This document shows positions 9,579-19,852 of a stretch of 64,000 bases of DNA, in pieces (position 1 is the stretch's first letter; each line of letters opens with the position of its first letter). Below the pieces are notes generated by a model, which did not search any database, was not told where the DNA came from, and saw only the letters and a list, made by a program, of their open reading frames with translations. Source of the DNA: Dehalococcoidia bacterium (GTDB lineage Bacteria > Chloroflexota > Dehalococcoidia > GIF9 > UBA5629); contig JBEKIW010000003.1 in the NCBI GenBank assembly GCA_050011565.1, positions 96,001 through 160,000 of the forward strand, written 5' to 3'. The translations under genes and the position numbers were made by a program.

Positions 9579-10067
9579 ATGTTAACCTGCAGGAAAGCAA
9601 CGCCGGATGATTTGGGACAAATCACCGAAATTTACAATGATGCTATACAAAAAACCACAGCTACATTTGACACTGAGCCCAAGAGTCTTGAGCAACAAGA
9701 AAGCTGGTTTGCCAACCATGATGCCAGTCATCCCGTATTAATTGCCGAAGAGGATGGACTTATCCTCGCCTGGGCATCTTTGAGCCAGTGGTCTGACAGA
9801 TGTGCCTATTGTGATACTACCGAAATATCGCTTTACGTCAAGGAAGAATACCGCAGAAAAGGAATTGGGAAACAACTTATGAAAGCGATTATCCAGGAGG
9901 GTAGGGCAGCAGGCTTACACACAGTAATTGCCAGAATAGCCGGCAGCAACAAAATAAGTGTCGACCTATGCAAATCTTTCGGGTTCCAGTATATAGGAAC
10001 CATGAGGGAAGTAGGCAAAAAATTTGGCCAGTTGTTGGACGTACATCTAATGCAGCTAATCTATTGA
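9579..10067 (+). CDS. GNAT N-acetyltransferase (phosphinothricin acetyltransferase/MnaT family)
   Basis: IYNDAI..TTATFDTEP, RRKGIGKQL, EVGKKFG..LDV. Confidence 0.9.
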   Translation: MLTCRKATPDDLGQITEIYNDAIQKTTATFDTEPKSLEQQESWFANHDASHPVLIAEEDGLILAWASLSQWSDRCAYCDTTEISLYVKEEYRRKGIGKQLMKAIIQEGRAAGLHTVIARIAGSNKISVDLCKSFGFQYIGTMREVGKKFGQLLDVHLMQLIY

Positions 10068-10095
10068 TATTAGGCACAAACTCAATTACTAAATT

Positions 10096-11343
10096 ATGTC
10101 TCAAAATCTTTCGTCACAACTTGAAAAGTACCTGCCGCCGCCGGTTCTAGCTCTGGTAAAAATTGCCGGCAAAGAGGCCAGCGAGCTGGGGCAGGAGCTA
10201 TATCTTGTCGGCGGGGTGGTGCGCGACCTGTTTCTGGGGCGTGCTAACTTCGACTTCGATTTAGTTGTCGAGGGAGATGCCATCAGCCTAGCCCGAAGGT
10301 TCGCCAAAGACAGCCAGGCAAAGTTAAAGATTCATTCTCGGTTCGGCACTGCCAAACTTGATTATCCCGGTTTCAGTCTGGACTTAGCCACCGCCCGCAG
10401 TGAAACCTATAGCAAACCGGGAGCTCTGCCCACCGTCAAGCCGGGCAGCCTCAAAGACGACCTCATCCGCCGTGACTTCTCCATCAACGCCATGGCTCTG
10501 CACCTCAACCCCCAACGATTCGGCGAGCTAATCGACCTGTATCACGGCAAAGAAGACCTCGAACGTAGCCTCATCCGTATACTGCACCCAAAAAGCTTCA
10601 TCGACGATGCCACCCGAATCTTGAGGGCGATACGCTACGAGCAAAGGTTAGGCTTCAAGCTGGATGCGGAAACAGAAAAATTGCTCCGTCGGGATGTGGC
10701 TATGCTCCATACCATAAGCGGCGACCGCATAAGGCATGAGTTGGAGCTAATACTGAAAGAAGATGAACCGGAACGAGCCCTCAGACGAGCTGAAGAGCTG
10801 GGAGTCCTCAGTCAACTGCATCCATTGCTCAAAGGCAACGGTTGGCTGGCTAAAACATTCGCTAAAGCCCGGCAGATAGGCAAACGGACATCACTTCCAG
10901 CACTTTATCTATGCCTGCTTATCTACAACCTGACTGAAAAGGCGAACGAGCAGTTCATCTCACGCCTCAACTTCTCCAAAAACTCGTCTCAAGCCATGCG
11001 ACAGACGCTGCAACTTAAGGCACAACTTCACAACCTGGCAAATCCCAGGCTAAAGCCCAGCGACATTTACCAGTTACTTCAAGACTATTCAGCGCCAGCC
11101 ATTCAAGCCAATGCTCTGGCATTGGAATCTCCGACAGCGAGCCAGCAACTGCACTTGTATCTAACCAAATTGCGTTATGTAAAGCCAATATTGAACGGGG
11201 AAGACCTGAAAAGAACGGGCATTCCCGCCGGACCCAAAATAGGCGATATTCTAAGCGCACTTCACAGGGCGCGACTTAACAGTGAAGTGCGGACCAGAAA
11301 AGACGAGGAAAGATTGGTTCAAAATTGGCGACATGCCCAATAA
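10096..11343 (+). CDS. CCA tRNA nucleotidyltransferase family protein
   Basis: LVGGVVRDL, DFDL, RRDFSINAMA, FIDDATRILRAIRY. Confidence 0.9.
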   Translation: MSQNLSSQLEKYLPPPVLALVKIAGKEASELGQELYLVGGVVRDLFLGRANFDFDLVVEGDAISLARRFAKDSQAKLKIHSRFGTAKLDYPGFSLDLATARSETYSKPGALPTVKPGSLKDDLIRRDFSINAMALHLNPQRFGELIDLYHGKEDLERSLIRILHPKSFIDDATRILRAIRYEQRLGFKLDAETEKLLRRDVAMLHTISGDRIRHELELILKEDEPERALRRAEELGVLSQLHPLLKGNGWLAKTFAKARQIGKRTSLPALYLCLLIYNLTEKANEQFISRLNFSKNSSQAMRQTLQLKAQLHNLANPRLKPSDIYQLLQDYSAPAIQANALALESPTASQQLHLYLTKLRYVKPILNGEDLKRTGIPAGPKIGDILSALHRARLNSEVRTRKDEERLVQNWRHAQ

Positions 11344-11354
11344 AACAAGTTCGA

Positions 11355-12215
11355 TTACACCATCTGTGGGATAATAGTAGATACAGCATAAGCTTCAAGC
11401 CCCTGCCAACTAAGTAGACTGCGAATTTTCTCAGCTTCGGCTTCAGCATCTACCGAAGCAAACAGAGCCGGCCCCGAGCCAGCCAAATGTATATCCTTAG
11501 CACCAACTTCGGCAAAGCGCTCCCGGTAAGTTTTAAGTCCGGGAAAAGCATCAAAGGCTACCTTGTCAAAAACATTAAAAAACAGGCTGGAAGCAATCTG
11601 CTTATCCTTAGACCAGCTTTTCACTGCTTTGTCAACTAAATGCCCGTTGGTAAAATGCCCGGTGTCCAAACGAGTATAAAGCTCCTGTGTTTTATCAGAT
11701 ATTCTGGGCAAAGGTGGTATTAGCAAGACAAACCAACTCGTCGCCGAAACCGGCAAAGGCGTTACCTTTTCGCCTCTGCCCTCTATCAAAGCCACACCCC
11801 TATGTATAAAAAAGGGTACGTCCGAGCCCAATCTGGCCGCCAGCTGGACCAGATCCGAAGTTGTCATATTCAATTCCCAAAGACGGTTTAGAGCCAGCAA
11901 AGTAGCTGCTCCATCGCTGCTGCCACCGCCCAGACCTGCACCCCAGGGAATCCGCTTCTCTAGCTTAATCCTGGCTCCTCTCTGGCAACCGCTGACCTCT
12001 CTGAGCAGTTCAGCCGCTTGAACCACCAGGTTATCCGAAGTCTGAAGACTCGGCTCACTGCATTCCAGGGAAATCGCATCAGCAGACTCGAAAGAAATGA
12101 CATCGCACAGACTGATTGTCTGAATCAGGGTGCGAATCTCGTGGTAGCCATCGTCACGCCTGCCCAGAACTTCGAGGACAAGGTTAATTTTAGCTGGCGC
12201 CAGGTACTTCAGCAT
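11355..12215 (-). CDS. ispE: 4-diphosphocytidyl-2-C-methyl-D-erythritol kinase
   Basis: APAKINL, RDDGYHE, KRIPWGAGLGGGSSD, LGSDVPFF; start set at MLKYLAPAK. Confidence 0.95.
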   Translation of the reverse strand: MLKYLAPAKINLVLEVLGRRDDGYHEIRTLIQTISLCDVISFESADAISLECSEPSLQTSDNLVVQAAELLREVSGCQRGARIKLEKRIPWGAGLGGGSSDGAATLLALNRLWELNMTTSDLVQLAARLGSDVPFFIHRGVALIEGRGEKVTPLPVSATSWFVLLIPPLPRISDKTQELYTRLDTGHFTNGHLVDKAVKSWSKDKQIASSLFFNVFDKVAFDAFPGLKTYRERFAEVGAKDIHLAGSGPALFASVDAEAEAEKIRSLLSWQGLEAYAVSTIIPQMV

Positions 12216-13078
12216 TGCATCCCAACCTTTTTTGAAACCGCCAAAACCTCGTACAGCTTCGCCCATTCTTCCAGGCTGAGCGTCTCCGCCCGGCGTTTAG
12301 GGTCTATATCAGCCTGATTCAAAAACGGGGCAACTTCAGCCGGTTTCATGCCCAAACCATGCGCCAGCGAATTATGCAATTGTTTCCGCGGTGAACTAAA
12401 GCCACTTTTGACCACTTCGAAAAAGCCGTTCATGTCAGCCACTTTAACCGCAGGCTCGGGCAACACATCAAAACGCAGTATAACCGAATCAACTTTCGGC
12501 TGAGGATAAAAACATCGAGACGGCACATACGATATTATCCTAATCTGACTATACACCTGGAGGCTGACAGCCAGCAGAGACATCTTTCCCGGGCCGGCAA
12601 CAATGGCTTCGCCAACTTCCTTCTGCACCATCATCACCATCAAAGATGGCTTCGGCGAGGCTTCTACAAAATAACGCAGCACGGGTGAGGTAATATAGTA
12701 CGGCAGATTAGCCACCACTTTATACTTGCTTTTACCGCCTAAAAGTTGCGACAGTTTGACTTTGAGTATATCAGCATTAATGACACGTAAATTTGACAGC
12801 GAAGCTAGTCGACGCTGCAGCAGAGAAGCCAGCTCGGCATCGAGTTCCACAGCGATGACATTGCCGGCATGCCGGGCTAGCTGACCGGTCAATATGCCCA
12901 GGCCTGGCCCAACTTCAATTACGGTGTCTCTAGAGGAAAGCTCAGCAGCTTCAACGATGGTGCTTAAAACTCCCTCGTCAATAAGGAAATGCTGGCCCAG
13001 GCTTTTCCTGGCTTTGAGGCCGGACCGGCGAAGCAGATTCTTGACCTGAGCTGAAAATGATGATGTTTTATCAGGCAC
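12209..13078 (-). CDS. rsmA: 16S rRNA adenine dimethyltransferase
   Basis: KSLGQHFL, EVGPGLG, VANLPY, PQPKVDS. Confidence 0.95.
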   Translation of the reverse strand: MPDKTSSFSAQVKNLLRRSGLKARKSLGQHFLIDEGVLSTIVEAAELSSRDTVIEVGPGLGILTGQLARHAGNVIAVELDAELASLLQRRLASLSNLRVINADILKVKLSQLLGGKSKYKVVANLPYYITSPVLRYFVEASPKPSLMVMMVQKEVGEAIVAGPGKMSLLAVSLQVYSQIRIISYVPSRCFYPQPKVDSVILRFDVLPEPAVKVADMNGFFEVVKSGFSSPRKQLHNSLAHGLGMKPAEVAPFLNQADIDPKRRAETLSLEEWAKLYEVLAVSKKVGMQC

Positions 13079-13087
13079 TTGACGCCT

Positions 13088-13951
13088 TCAAACTTTGAGC
13101 TTAAGTATTCTCCGGGCGTTCTTATACAGGACCTTCTCTATCACCTCCGGTTTATAGCCGCCGCTTTCAAATTCCTGCAACCATCGCTTCGGTGGAATTT
13201 CAGGATAATCCGAACCAAACATAAACTTATCCTGGAGGCGCCCGTTGACCTCTCTCTTTATAACTTCGGGGAAATACTTCGGCGCCCAGCCAGAGAGGTC
13301 GGCATAGACATTGCCTTTATGTAGCAAAACTGCGATTTGCTCTTCATGCCACGGCCAAGCAGGATGAATCATGATTATAGTCAGCTCAGGGAAATCCGCC
13401 GCCACATCATCGATATACGGAATAGGCATGGTGTATTTTAGACGTATCCCGTAACCGCCGGGCATGCCGGCCCCGGCTCCGGTAGTCCCGGTGTGAAAAG
13501 AGACCGGTATTTTCAGCTCAACGCACCTCTCATAAAGCGGATAAAACCGCCTGTCATTGGGGAAGAACGCCTGGAGGGCTTGCTGAAATTTTAGCCCCAT
13601 CAACCCTAGCTCCTTAACACATCTCTCCAATTCTCTTATAGCCGCCTTGCCCTTCCACGGGTCAATCATCGCCCAGCCGCCGATAAACACGTCGGGGAAT
13701 TTCTTGATTAGCCGGGCTACTTCATCATTGGTATTGCTGGTATCATAGCCGCTCACAGATTCGGCATCCCAGCCTATTAAGATAGCCTTTAAGTCCAGCT
13801 CCCTGAAATCCTGCGCCATCTCCTCATCGGTCTTGACCTTGTACTCGACTCCGTAATACTTGGAAATGTACTCCACCAGCTCCGGCCCCCACATACGCTT
13901 GCGGTCAAAGGCAGCCGTGCTGGGATGAGCATGAACATCGATAGCTTTCAT
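13088..13951 (-). CDS. Amidohydrolase family (Amidohydro_2) protein
   Basis: IDVHAH, FHTG, HPAWPW, FGSDYP. Confidence 0.85.
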   Translation of the reverse strand: MKAIDVHAHPSTAAFDRKRMWGPELVEYISKYYGVEYKVKTDEEMAQDFRELDLKAILIGWDAESVSGYDTSNTNDEVARLIKKFPDVFIGGWAMIDPWKGKAAIRELERCVKELGLMGLKFQQALQAFFPNDRRFYPLYERCVELKIPVSFHTGTTGAGAGMPGGYGIRLKYTMPIPYIDDVAADFPELTIIMIHPAWPWHEEQIAVLLHKGNVYADLSGWAPKYFPEVIKREVNGRLQDKFMFGSDYPEIPPKRWLQEFESGGYKPEVIEKVLYKNARRILKLKV

Positions 13952-13965
13952 TTCAAAATCTCCTG

Positions 13966-14757
13966 TTACATCATGGTGTAGCCGCCGCTAACACTGATGG
14001 TCTGCCCCGTTATATAACTGGCCGCATCCGAAGCCAGAAAGACAACCGCATTGGCAATGTCCTCCGGTTTGCCCAGTCGGCGCAATGGGTAAGCTTTCGC
14101 TGCCTTCTCCTGCGCCTCGGGGGTGAAAACTTGAGCCATCGATCCCTTCCACATACTCAATTCGCCGGCATACTCAGGATTTTCGGGCACGGTAACTCCC
14201 GGGCAAACCACGTTAACATTTATGCCGTAGCGACCCAGCTCGCGAGCCAATGATTTAGACAGGGCAATAACACCGCCTTTACAAGCAGCATAGACTGCTT
14301 CCCTGTATTCACCCATTCTGCCGGCGTCGGAGCCGATGCTGATAATCTTGCCGTATTTTCGCTCAATCATGTGGTCAAGGACAGCTCTGGCGCAATTTAC
14401 AATACCCCAGAAATTAATATTTACTTCTTTCTCCCATTCCGACCTCGTCTTCTCCATAAACAGCCGGTCTAAAGTCCAGCCCACATTATTTACTAAAACA
14501 TCCAGTTTCCCGAATTCCTCAATTGTTCCCTTGACCATAGCCGCCACCGAATCAAAACTGGTGACGTCGGTCTTGATAGCTATAACCTTACCGCTCAGAG
14601 AAGCAGCCTCTTTAGCCACCTTTTGTGCCTGAACTTCATCTATATCGGCAATAACCACGTTCGATTTTTCTTTAGCGAAGGCCAGGACTATAGCCCGACC
14701 GATATTCGAGCCGCCTCCGGTAACAATCACCGTTTTGTCTGCCAGATTCAAATCCAT
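13966..14757 (-). CDS. SDR oxidoreductase (BadH / hydroxyacyl-CoA dehydrogenase-like)
   Basis: TGGGSNIG, NNVGW, SDAGR, YAACK. Confidence 0.85.
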   Translation of the reverse strand: MDLNLADKTVIVTGGGSNIGRAIVLAFAKEKSNVVIADIDEVQAQKVAKEAASLSGKVIAIKTDVTSFDSVAAMVKGTIEEFGKLDVLVNNVGWTLDRLFMEKTRSEWEKEVNINFWGIVNCARAVLDHMIERKYGKIISIGSDAGRMGEYREAVYAACKGGVIALSKSLARELGRYGINVNVVCPGVTVPENPEYAGELSMWKGSMAQVFTPEAQEKAAKAYPLRRLGKPEDIANAVVFLASDAASYITGQTISVSGGYTMM

Positions 14758-14785
14758 TTCTCAAACCCCTGATTTTCAAAAATAT

Positions 14786-15055
14786 GGGCCGTGCACCGAC
14801 TGTCGATTTCTGCCTTTCAGCTTACTCCAGTTAGCCGGCTCCGACCAGGTAGCCTTGCGGCACCCGGAGAATACTATTTACCGCTGCTTCCTTCCGGACC
14901 TGACGGGGTTCATAGTTCTCCGCCGCGCAAGACCCAGCCCTCAACGCCACTTGACCGGAGCAGTCCTGAAAAACAAAAACCTCGAGCCGGACTTCAACCC
15001 CGCTATAGCGGATCTCGGGTACAGGGCACCGCTAGTTCCCCGTCTAGCACGACCC
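14786..15055 (-). ncRNA. ffs: Large (Alu-domain-containing) bacterial SRP RNA
   Basis: Minus strand reads GGGTCGTGCTAGACGGGGAACTAGCGGTGCCCTGTACCCG (Alu domain as in Bacillus scRNA), the helix-8 signature GAACCCCGTCAGGTCCGGAAGGAAGCAGCGGT, and a 3' end GCACGGCCC complementary to the 5' end. Confidence 0.95.
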
Positions 15056-15061
15056 AATCCA

Positions 15062-15090
15062 ATACTACTATGGAGTCTTGGACTTTTCAA
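15062..15090 (-). promoter_or_regulatory. sigma70-type promoter of SRP RNA
   Basis: TTGAAA-17nt-TAGTAT ending 6 nt before the GGG 5' end of the RNA. Confidence 0.7.
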
Positions 15091-15091
15091 G

Positions 15092-15820
15092 CTACCGGCC
15101 GACGCTTAAACGTAAAATAAGCGGCGTGGGCAGTCCCTGCTCTGCCATCTTTTTTTGCGTAGCTGGAATATCGTATTCAACCCGGTAGTGGCGGACAGTC
15201 TGAGCCTCAGTATCATAAATAGCATAGCTGGCTCTAGGGTCGCCGTCCCTGGGCTGCCCTACGCCACCCGGATTGATAATCATGCGTTTTTCTTTCAGCT
15301 TGAGGTTGGCTTCAGTAAATTCCCTGTAGACCGCTTTATCTGCGGCAAGCTCGAAAATGAGAGGGATATGGGAATGCCCTACCAGACAATAAGCCGTTTC
15401 AAAATAAGCAAAGTTGTCTTGGGCGGCTTCGGTCGATAGTAAATATTCCCATATAGGCTCCCGCGGGCTGCCATGGGCGAGTGTAAAATCGTCCTCACGA
15501 AGTGTGAGAGGCAGGCCCAGCAAATAGTCTCTGTCTTCAGCAGTTAGCTGCTCCGAGGTCCAATGAGCAGCCGCAGCCGCCACCGGATTGAATTCAGAGG
15601 TATCCATCTTACCTATGGCTGCCCAATCGTGATTGCCGGCAATGCATACAGGTTCAAATTGACGCAGACGTTTAATGCATTCATTGGGGTCAGGACCATA
15701 GCCTACCACATCGCCCAGACACCATATCTTATCAAAGCCACCCCTGCCATCAGCATCGCTAAGCACCGCCTCAAAGGCTGCCAGATTGCTGTGAATATCA
15801 GCCAGGATTGCATAGCGCAT
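15092..15820 (-). CDS. Metallophosphoesterase family protein
   Basis: DIHSN, GDVVGYG, GNHD, HGSP, GHSH, NPGGVGQPRD. Confidence 0.9.
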   Translation of the reverse strand: MRYAILADIHSNLAAFEAVLSDADGRGGFDKIWCLGDVVGYGPDPNECIKRLRQFEPVCIAGNHDWAAIGKMDTSEFNPVAAAAAHWTSEQLTAEDRDYLLGLPLTLREDDFTLAHGSPREPIWEYLLSTEAAQDNFAYFETAYCLVGHSHIPLIFELAADKAVYREFTEANLKLKEKRMIINPGGVGQPRDGDPRASYAIYDTEAQTVRHYRVEYDIPATQKKMAEQGLPTPLILRLSVGR

Positions 15821-15947
15821 AACGCTTAACTATAACATCTGAAGGTCGATTTGTTAAGTTGACATTCTAAGGGTATAGACAAAAAAATAGAAACAGGTAA
15901 AATAGTGTTTAAAATAACGTCAGAAGTAACGTATAGGGAAAGTCGAT

Positions 15948-16346
15948 ATGTATTATTTCGCTTATGCATCCAATCTAAATCGGAAACAGATAGTAGAGCG
16001 CGCTCCGGACAGCAAGCCGAAGTGCATTGCTACCTTGCCTAATTTTAAACTGACATTCACGGCGCGGGCCGGCCGGAAAGGCGGAGTTGCTAGCATAACA
16101 CCGCATCGGGGGGAAAAGGTACTGGGCGCTGTCTACGAAATATCGGAGAGGGATTTGAAACGGCTGGATGGGTATGAAGGTTATCCTACAGTCTACGACC
16201 GACGCAAGGTAACTGTTTGGACTGAGACCAACGAACCGATAGAAGCTATCACTTATATCAAGATTGAGCAATCGACGGAACTGAAGCCGGCGCCGGATTA
16301 TCTGGCTGTTATTCAGCAAGGCTACCGGGACTGGCAATTAGTTTGA
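15948..16346 (+). CDS. Gamma-glutamylcyclotransferase family protein
   Basis: YFAYASNL, LDGYEG. Confidence 0.85.
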   Translation: MYYFAYASNLNRKQIVERAPDSKPKCIATLPNFKLTFTARAGRKGGVASITPHRGEKVLGAVYEISERDLKRLDGYEGYPTVYDRRKVTVWTETNEPIEAITYIKIEQSTELKPAPDYLAVIQQGYRDWQLV

Positions 16347-16348
16347 GC

Positions 16349-16795
16349 TTATACTTTTGACCTGGTGTTCTTTTCTATGTCTATCAATACGTAACAAACG
16401 TCGGCAAAAGCTACTAGAAACAAGCCGGACAATATCGAAGCTATGAGACCAACTACCGCTATACCCACCGTGCCCAGACCGGCACTCAAGGGTATGAAAT
16501 CAGCCAATGCTCCTGTACCGCCGAGTGCTAACACAGCCAGAGCAATAGAAAAAAGGCTGCCGCCTATCATCACTACCCAGCCGATAATTCTATATACGGT
16601 GGCTACAGCCCTTAAAGCCCCGTATTTCCCGGACGGTGCGGTCTCTCTAACTACCGGCTTGGTGGGCGCTGCCGGCTGCGGCTCCCGAACTGGCTGCGGA
16701 ATGGCAACTGGCAATCTTTCTCCACAAGTTGTACAAAATTGTGGACCGGCACTATCCGCACCACAATGTGGACATCTAACTACCTGTTGTTGCAT
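16349..16795 (-). CDS. Zinc-ribbon membrane protein
   Basis: CPHC...FCTTCG, two TM helices, LIDIEKNTR tail. Confidence 0.8.
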   Translation of the reverse strand: MQQQVVRCPHCGADSAGPQFCTTCGERLPVAIPQPVREPQPAAPTKPVVRETAPSGKYGALRAVATVYRIIGWVVMIGGSLFSIALAVLALGGTGALADFIPLSAGLGTVGIAVVGLIASILSGLFLVAFADVCYVLIDIEKNTRSKV

Positions 16796-16820
16796 GTGTA
16801 ACTATTAAACCTCGTCCCAC

Positions 16821-17303
16821 TCAAGCGACAAATGGAAGCTTGTAGTTGAAGGCAAGGACCATTACTATAACGACAATTAAGTACAGTATGCCGCCGATTA
16901 ATATGCTCAATAATAGCAGCCGCCACCACAGACCCCAAGCCAAACCCCAGGTCGGCTTGAATTCAACTTGCTGACGAGGAAAGACAGGTTTTGCTGCCTT
17001 GGCCGGTACCTGCTGCGCTGGAACAGCCGGCACTTCCTGAGTCGGCGTAGTTGATATCTGCTGAGCCGGGGCAGTTGGCGCTTGCTGAGCCGCGGTAGTG
17101 GGCATCTGATGAACCACGGCAACCAATCTGGCTCCGCAACTTCCACAAAACTGCTGCCCGGGCAGATTCATGAAGCTGCAGTTAGGACATTTGACTTTTT
17201 GCTGCTGGACCTCAGTAACGAGCTTGGCTCCACATTTCCCGCAGAACTGTTGTCCCGCAGCGTTCGCTGTGCCACAGTTAGCGCATCTGACCATCTGCTC
17301 CAT
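16821..17303 (-). CDS. Double zinc-ribbon membrane protein
   Basis: Two CxNC...QQFCGxCG units, 8-aa Gln/Pro/Ala repeats, C-terminal TM; GGAGG RBS. Confidence 0.8.
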   Translation of the reverse strand: MEQMVRCANCGTANAAGQQFCGKCGAKLVTEVQQQKVKCPNCSFMNLPGQQFCGSCGARLVAVVHQMPTTAAQQAPTAPAQQISTTPTQEVPAVPAQQVPAKAAKPVFPRQQVEFKPTWGLAWGLWWRLLLLSILIGGILYLIVVIVMVLAFNYKLPFVA

Positions 17304-17436
17304 ATCACTGACCTCCTTAGCTATTTAAACGCATTATATAACTTGCATTTGACACATACAAGACTTCTTAAGCAAAAATGCCTGTTTTTTGACATGAAAA
17401 CGGTGTAATGATGAAATCCCAGCCTTGTCCCCCACT

Positions 17437-17571
17437 GCAAATCTCAAATCTCAATCCCCCAAATCATAAACAATACCAAAAATTTAAATCTCAAACTCGA
17501 AACAATTTTGGTAATTAATATTTGTGATTTTGGACTTATTTGGAGCTCGTGATTTCGAAATTGGATTTTTA
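17437..17571. repeat. 7-nt-periodic imperfect palindrome (empty copy A)
   Basis: AAATCTC AAATCTC ... AAATCATAAACAAT ... followed by GTGATTT TGGACTT ... GTGATTT CGAAATT GGATTTT. Confidence 0.75.
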
Positions 17572-17667
17572 ACCATCCGGGCGAGCACGCCACCAATGAC
17601 TCGCAGGCTATTGCGGGAATCAGCAGTTTCTTTAGCCTAACAGAGGCCGTATGTTATAATCGCAGCC

Positions 17668-18678
17668 ATGAACGTATCGGAACTGGGCGAATTCGGCCTA
17701 ATCGAGCTTCTGGCCGATATCGTCGATAAAACCAAAAATCCAAAAGATGTCTCCTGGCAACGCTTGGTCATCGGTACCGGTGACGATGCCGCTGCCTGGC
17801 GGGTGGACGATGCTATACAACTGGCCACGACAGACGGCCTGGTCCAGGATACGCACTTCGACTTGAATATCGTCACCTGGGAAGAGCTGGGCTGGAAAGC
17901 CATTGCTGTGAACCTGAGTGATATCGCCGCTATGGGCGGCGTCCCCAAATATGCACTTATTTCACTGGCCTTGCCCGGTGAACTCGAAACCGATAATGTC
18001 TCCAGCCTCTATCAGGGCATGGCTCAAATAGCCAGCAGGTTCGGAGTGGCTATAGTGGGTGGCAACATCGCTTCCGCAGACAAAACCATAATTAACGTAA
18101 CCGTTTTGGGTAGCCTGGAATCCGCTTCGGCGCTTACCCGCTCAGCAGCCGTGCCGGGTGACCAGATAGCCGTTACCGGATATTTGGGGCTATCGGCCGC
18201 CGGACTCAGGACGCTCAAGCAACATCTCAAATTCGACGTTGAAACCGCCCAACTTCTGCGCCAGGCGCATCTAAAGCCGATGCCTAGAGTAGATGAGGGG
18301 CAAATTCTGCTGCACCACGGGGTTAAAGCTGCTATAGATATAAGCGATGGTCTAATCGCCGACCTGACCCATATATGCCAGGCAAGCAAAGTCAGCGCCG
18401 GGATAAACCAAGACGAGCTGTTAATCCATCCGGCACTCAAAAACAACTTCAAATCGGATTACTTGCAGCTAGCATTAAGCGGCGGCGAAGACTATGAACT
18501 GCTCTTTACCGCCAGCAATCAGGTTATCGCCCAAATAAAACAGGCCATATCTTGTCCGGTGACGGTAATCGGTGACATAACACAAGGAAAACCGGGGCAG
18601 GTAACTCTAATTGACGCTGACGGTGGAATTATCCCGTGGCAAAAAGCAGGCTGGGAGCATTTCAAATCTCAGACATGA
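17668..18678 (+). CDS. thiL: Thiamine-monophosphate kinase
   Basis: GEFGLI, GDDAA, NLSDIAAMGG, DISDGL, GGEDYEL. Confidence 0.95.
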   Translation: MNVSELGEFGLIELLADIVDKTKNPKDVSWQRLVIGTGDDAAAWRVDDAIQLATTDGLVQDTHFDLNIVTWEELGWKAIAVNLSDIAAMGGVPKYALISLALPGELETDNVSSLYQGMAQIASRFGVAIVGGNIASADKTIINVTVLGSLESASALTRSAAVPGDQIAVTGYLGLSAAGLRTLKQHLKFDVETAQLLRQAHLKPMPRVDEGQILLHHGVKAAIDISDGLIADLTHICQASKVSAGINQDELLIHPALKNNFKSDYLQLALSGGEDYELLFTASNQVIAQIKQAISCPVTVIGDITQGKPGQVTLIDADGGIIPWQKAGWEHFKSQT

Positions 18679-19166
18679 ACGCCAAAATGATAGAGTTAAA
18701 ACTTATCTCTCGCAGCTCAGAGCAGACACAGCACCTGGGAACGCGGCTCGGCGAGCTGGCTCAGTCCGGTGACGTATTTCTTCTCACCGGCAACCTGGGA
18801 ACTGGTAAGACCTGCCTGACACAGGGCATCGCCTGGGGACTCGGCGTCAAAGAATATGCCTTCAGCCCCTCCTTCGTTATAATAAGAGAATACCACGGCA
18901 GGCTACCCCTATACCATATAGATTTCTATCGGCTCGACCGCATCGAGGAAATAGTCGACCTGGGGCTTAACGAATATCTGTGCGGCAAAGGTGTTTGCGT
19001 CGTCGAATGGGCGGAGAAAGGCATAGCCGTGCTGCCCAAAGAGCACCTTCTGATTAATCTAAGCTATATGTCCGATACGGAGCGCTCCATTAGCCTTGAG
19101 CCTAAAGGTCATCGCTATGCCGAATTGTTAAAATCTCTTGATTCGGACCTAAAAACATGGAGCTAG
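18675..19166 (+). CDS. tsaE: t6A biosynthesis ATPase
   Basis: GNLGTGKT, SPSF, HIDFYRL, VVEWAE; start uncertain (18675 or 18687). Confidence 0.93.
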   Translation: MNAKMIELKLISRSSEQTQHLGTRLGELAQSGDVFLLTGNLGTGKTCLTQGIAWGLGVKEYAFSPSFVIIREYHGRLPLYHIDFYRLDRIEEIVDLGLNEYLCGKGVCVVEWAEKGIAVLPKEHLLINLSYMSDTERSISLEPKGHRYAELLKSLDSDLKTWS

Positions 19167-19834
19167 CTATAGATACTTCAACCGACTTTTGCAGCATCGG
19201 CTTATCTTGCGAGGGAGAGACGTTAGCCGAAATGGCCTGGCATTCCGGGCAGAACCATACCGTGGAACTGGCGCCAAATATAACTCGTCTACTAAATCAG
19301 GCCAAAAGCAGTCCTCAGTCGTTGGACGCCATATTCGTAGCCAAAGGCCCCGGCAGCTTCAACGGACTTAGAGTGGGCATAAGTACCGCCAAAGGTTTAG
19401 CCTTTGCCCTTGATATACCACTGGTTGGAATCAGTACCTTAGAAGTCGAGGCTTATCCTTTCGCCTTTGCTAAACTCCCTATATGCCCGATTCATAACGC
19501 CGGCCGTGGTGAGATTGCCGCCGCCGTTTATCAATTAAAAGATACCTGGCGCTGCCTTACATCGGAACATATCACCACCACCGACGCCTTATGTCGACAA
19601 ATCAAACAGAAAACGGTATTCTGCGGTGAAATCCCGCCGTCTATCATCGAGGAATTAAAAAAATGTCTGGCCGGGTACGCCATAATACCTAACGCTGCAG
19701 CCAGGTTGAGGCATGCCAGCTATCTGGCAGCATTAGGCTGGCAACGTCTGGACGGAGGACAACTTGACGATGCCGCTAGTCTCCAGCCGTTGTACCTGCG
19801 CCAGCCGCCGATTACTCAACGCAAAGTGAAATAA
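19157..19834 (+). CDS. tsaB: t6A biosynthesis protein TsaB
   Basis: LAIDTST, GPGSFNGLRVG, PLYLR. Confidence 0.93.
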   Translation: MELAIDTSTDFCSIGLSCEGETLAEMAWHSGQNHTVELAPNITRLLNQAKSSPQSLDAIFVAKGPGSFNGLRVGISTAKGLAFALDIPLVGISTLEVEAYPFAFAKLPICPIHNAGRGEIAAAVYQLKDTWRCLTSEHITTTDALCRQIKQKTVFCGEIPPSIIEELKKCLAGYAIIPNAAARLRHASYLAALGWQRLDGGQLDDAASLQPLYLRQPPITQRKVK

Positions 19835-19852
19835 CTTTATAAGGAGACTAAA

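Noticed and set aside
9335-9625. 96-aa version of the small Lys-rich ORF
   Set aside because: The upstream extension overlaps the GNAT gene and promoter region; the RBS supports the ATG at 9409.
14735-15120. ORFs 14735-15109 and 14791-15120 (+)
   Set aside because: Antisense to the SRP RNA, with no protein motifs.
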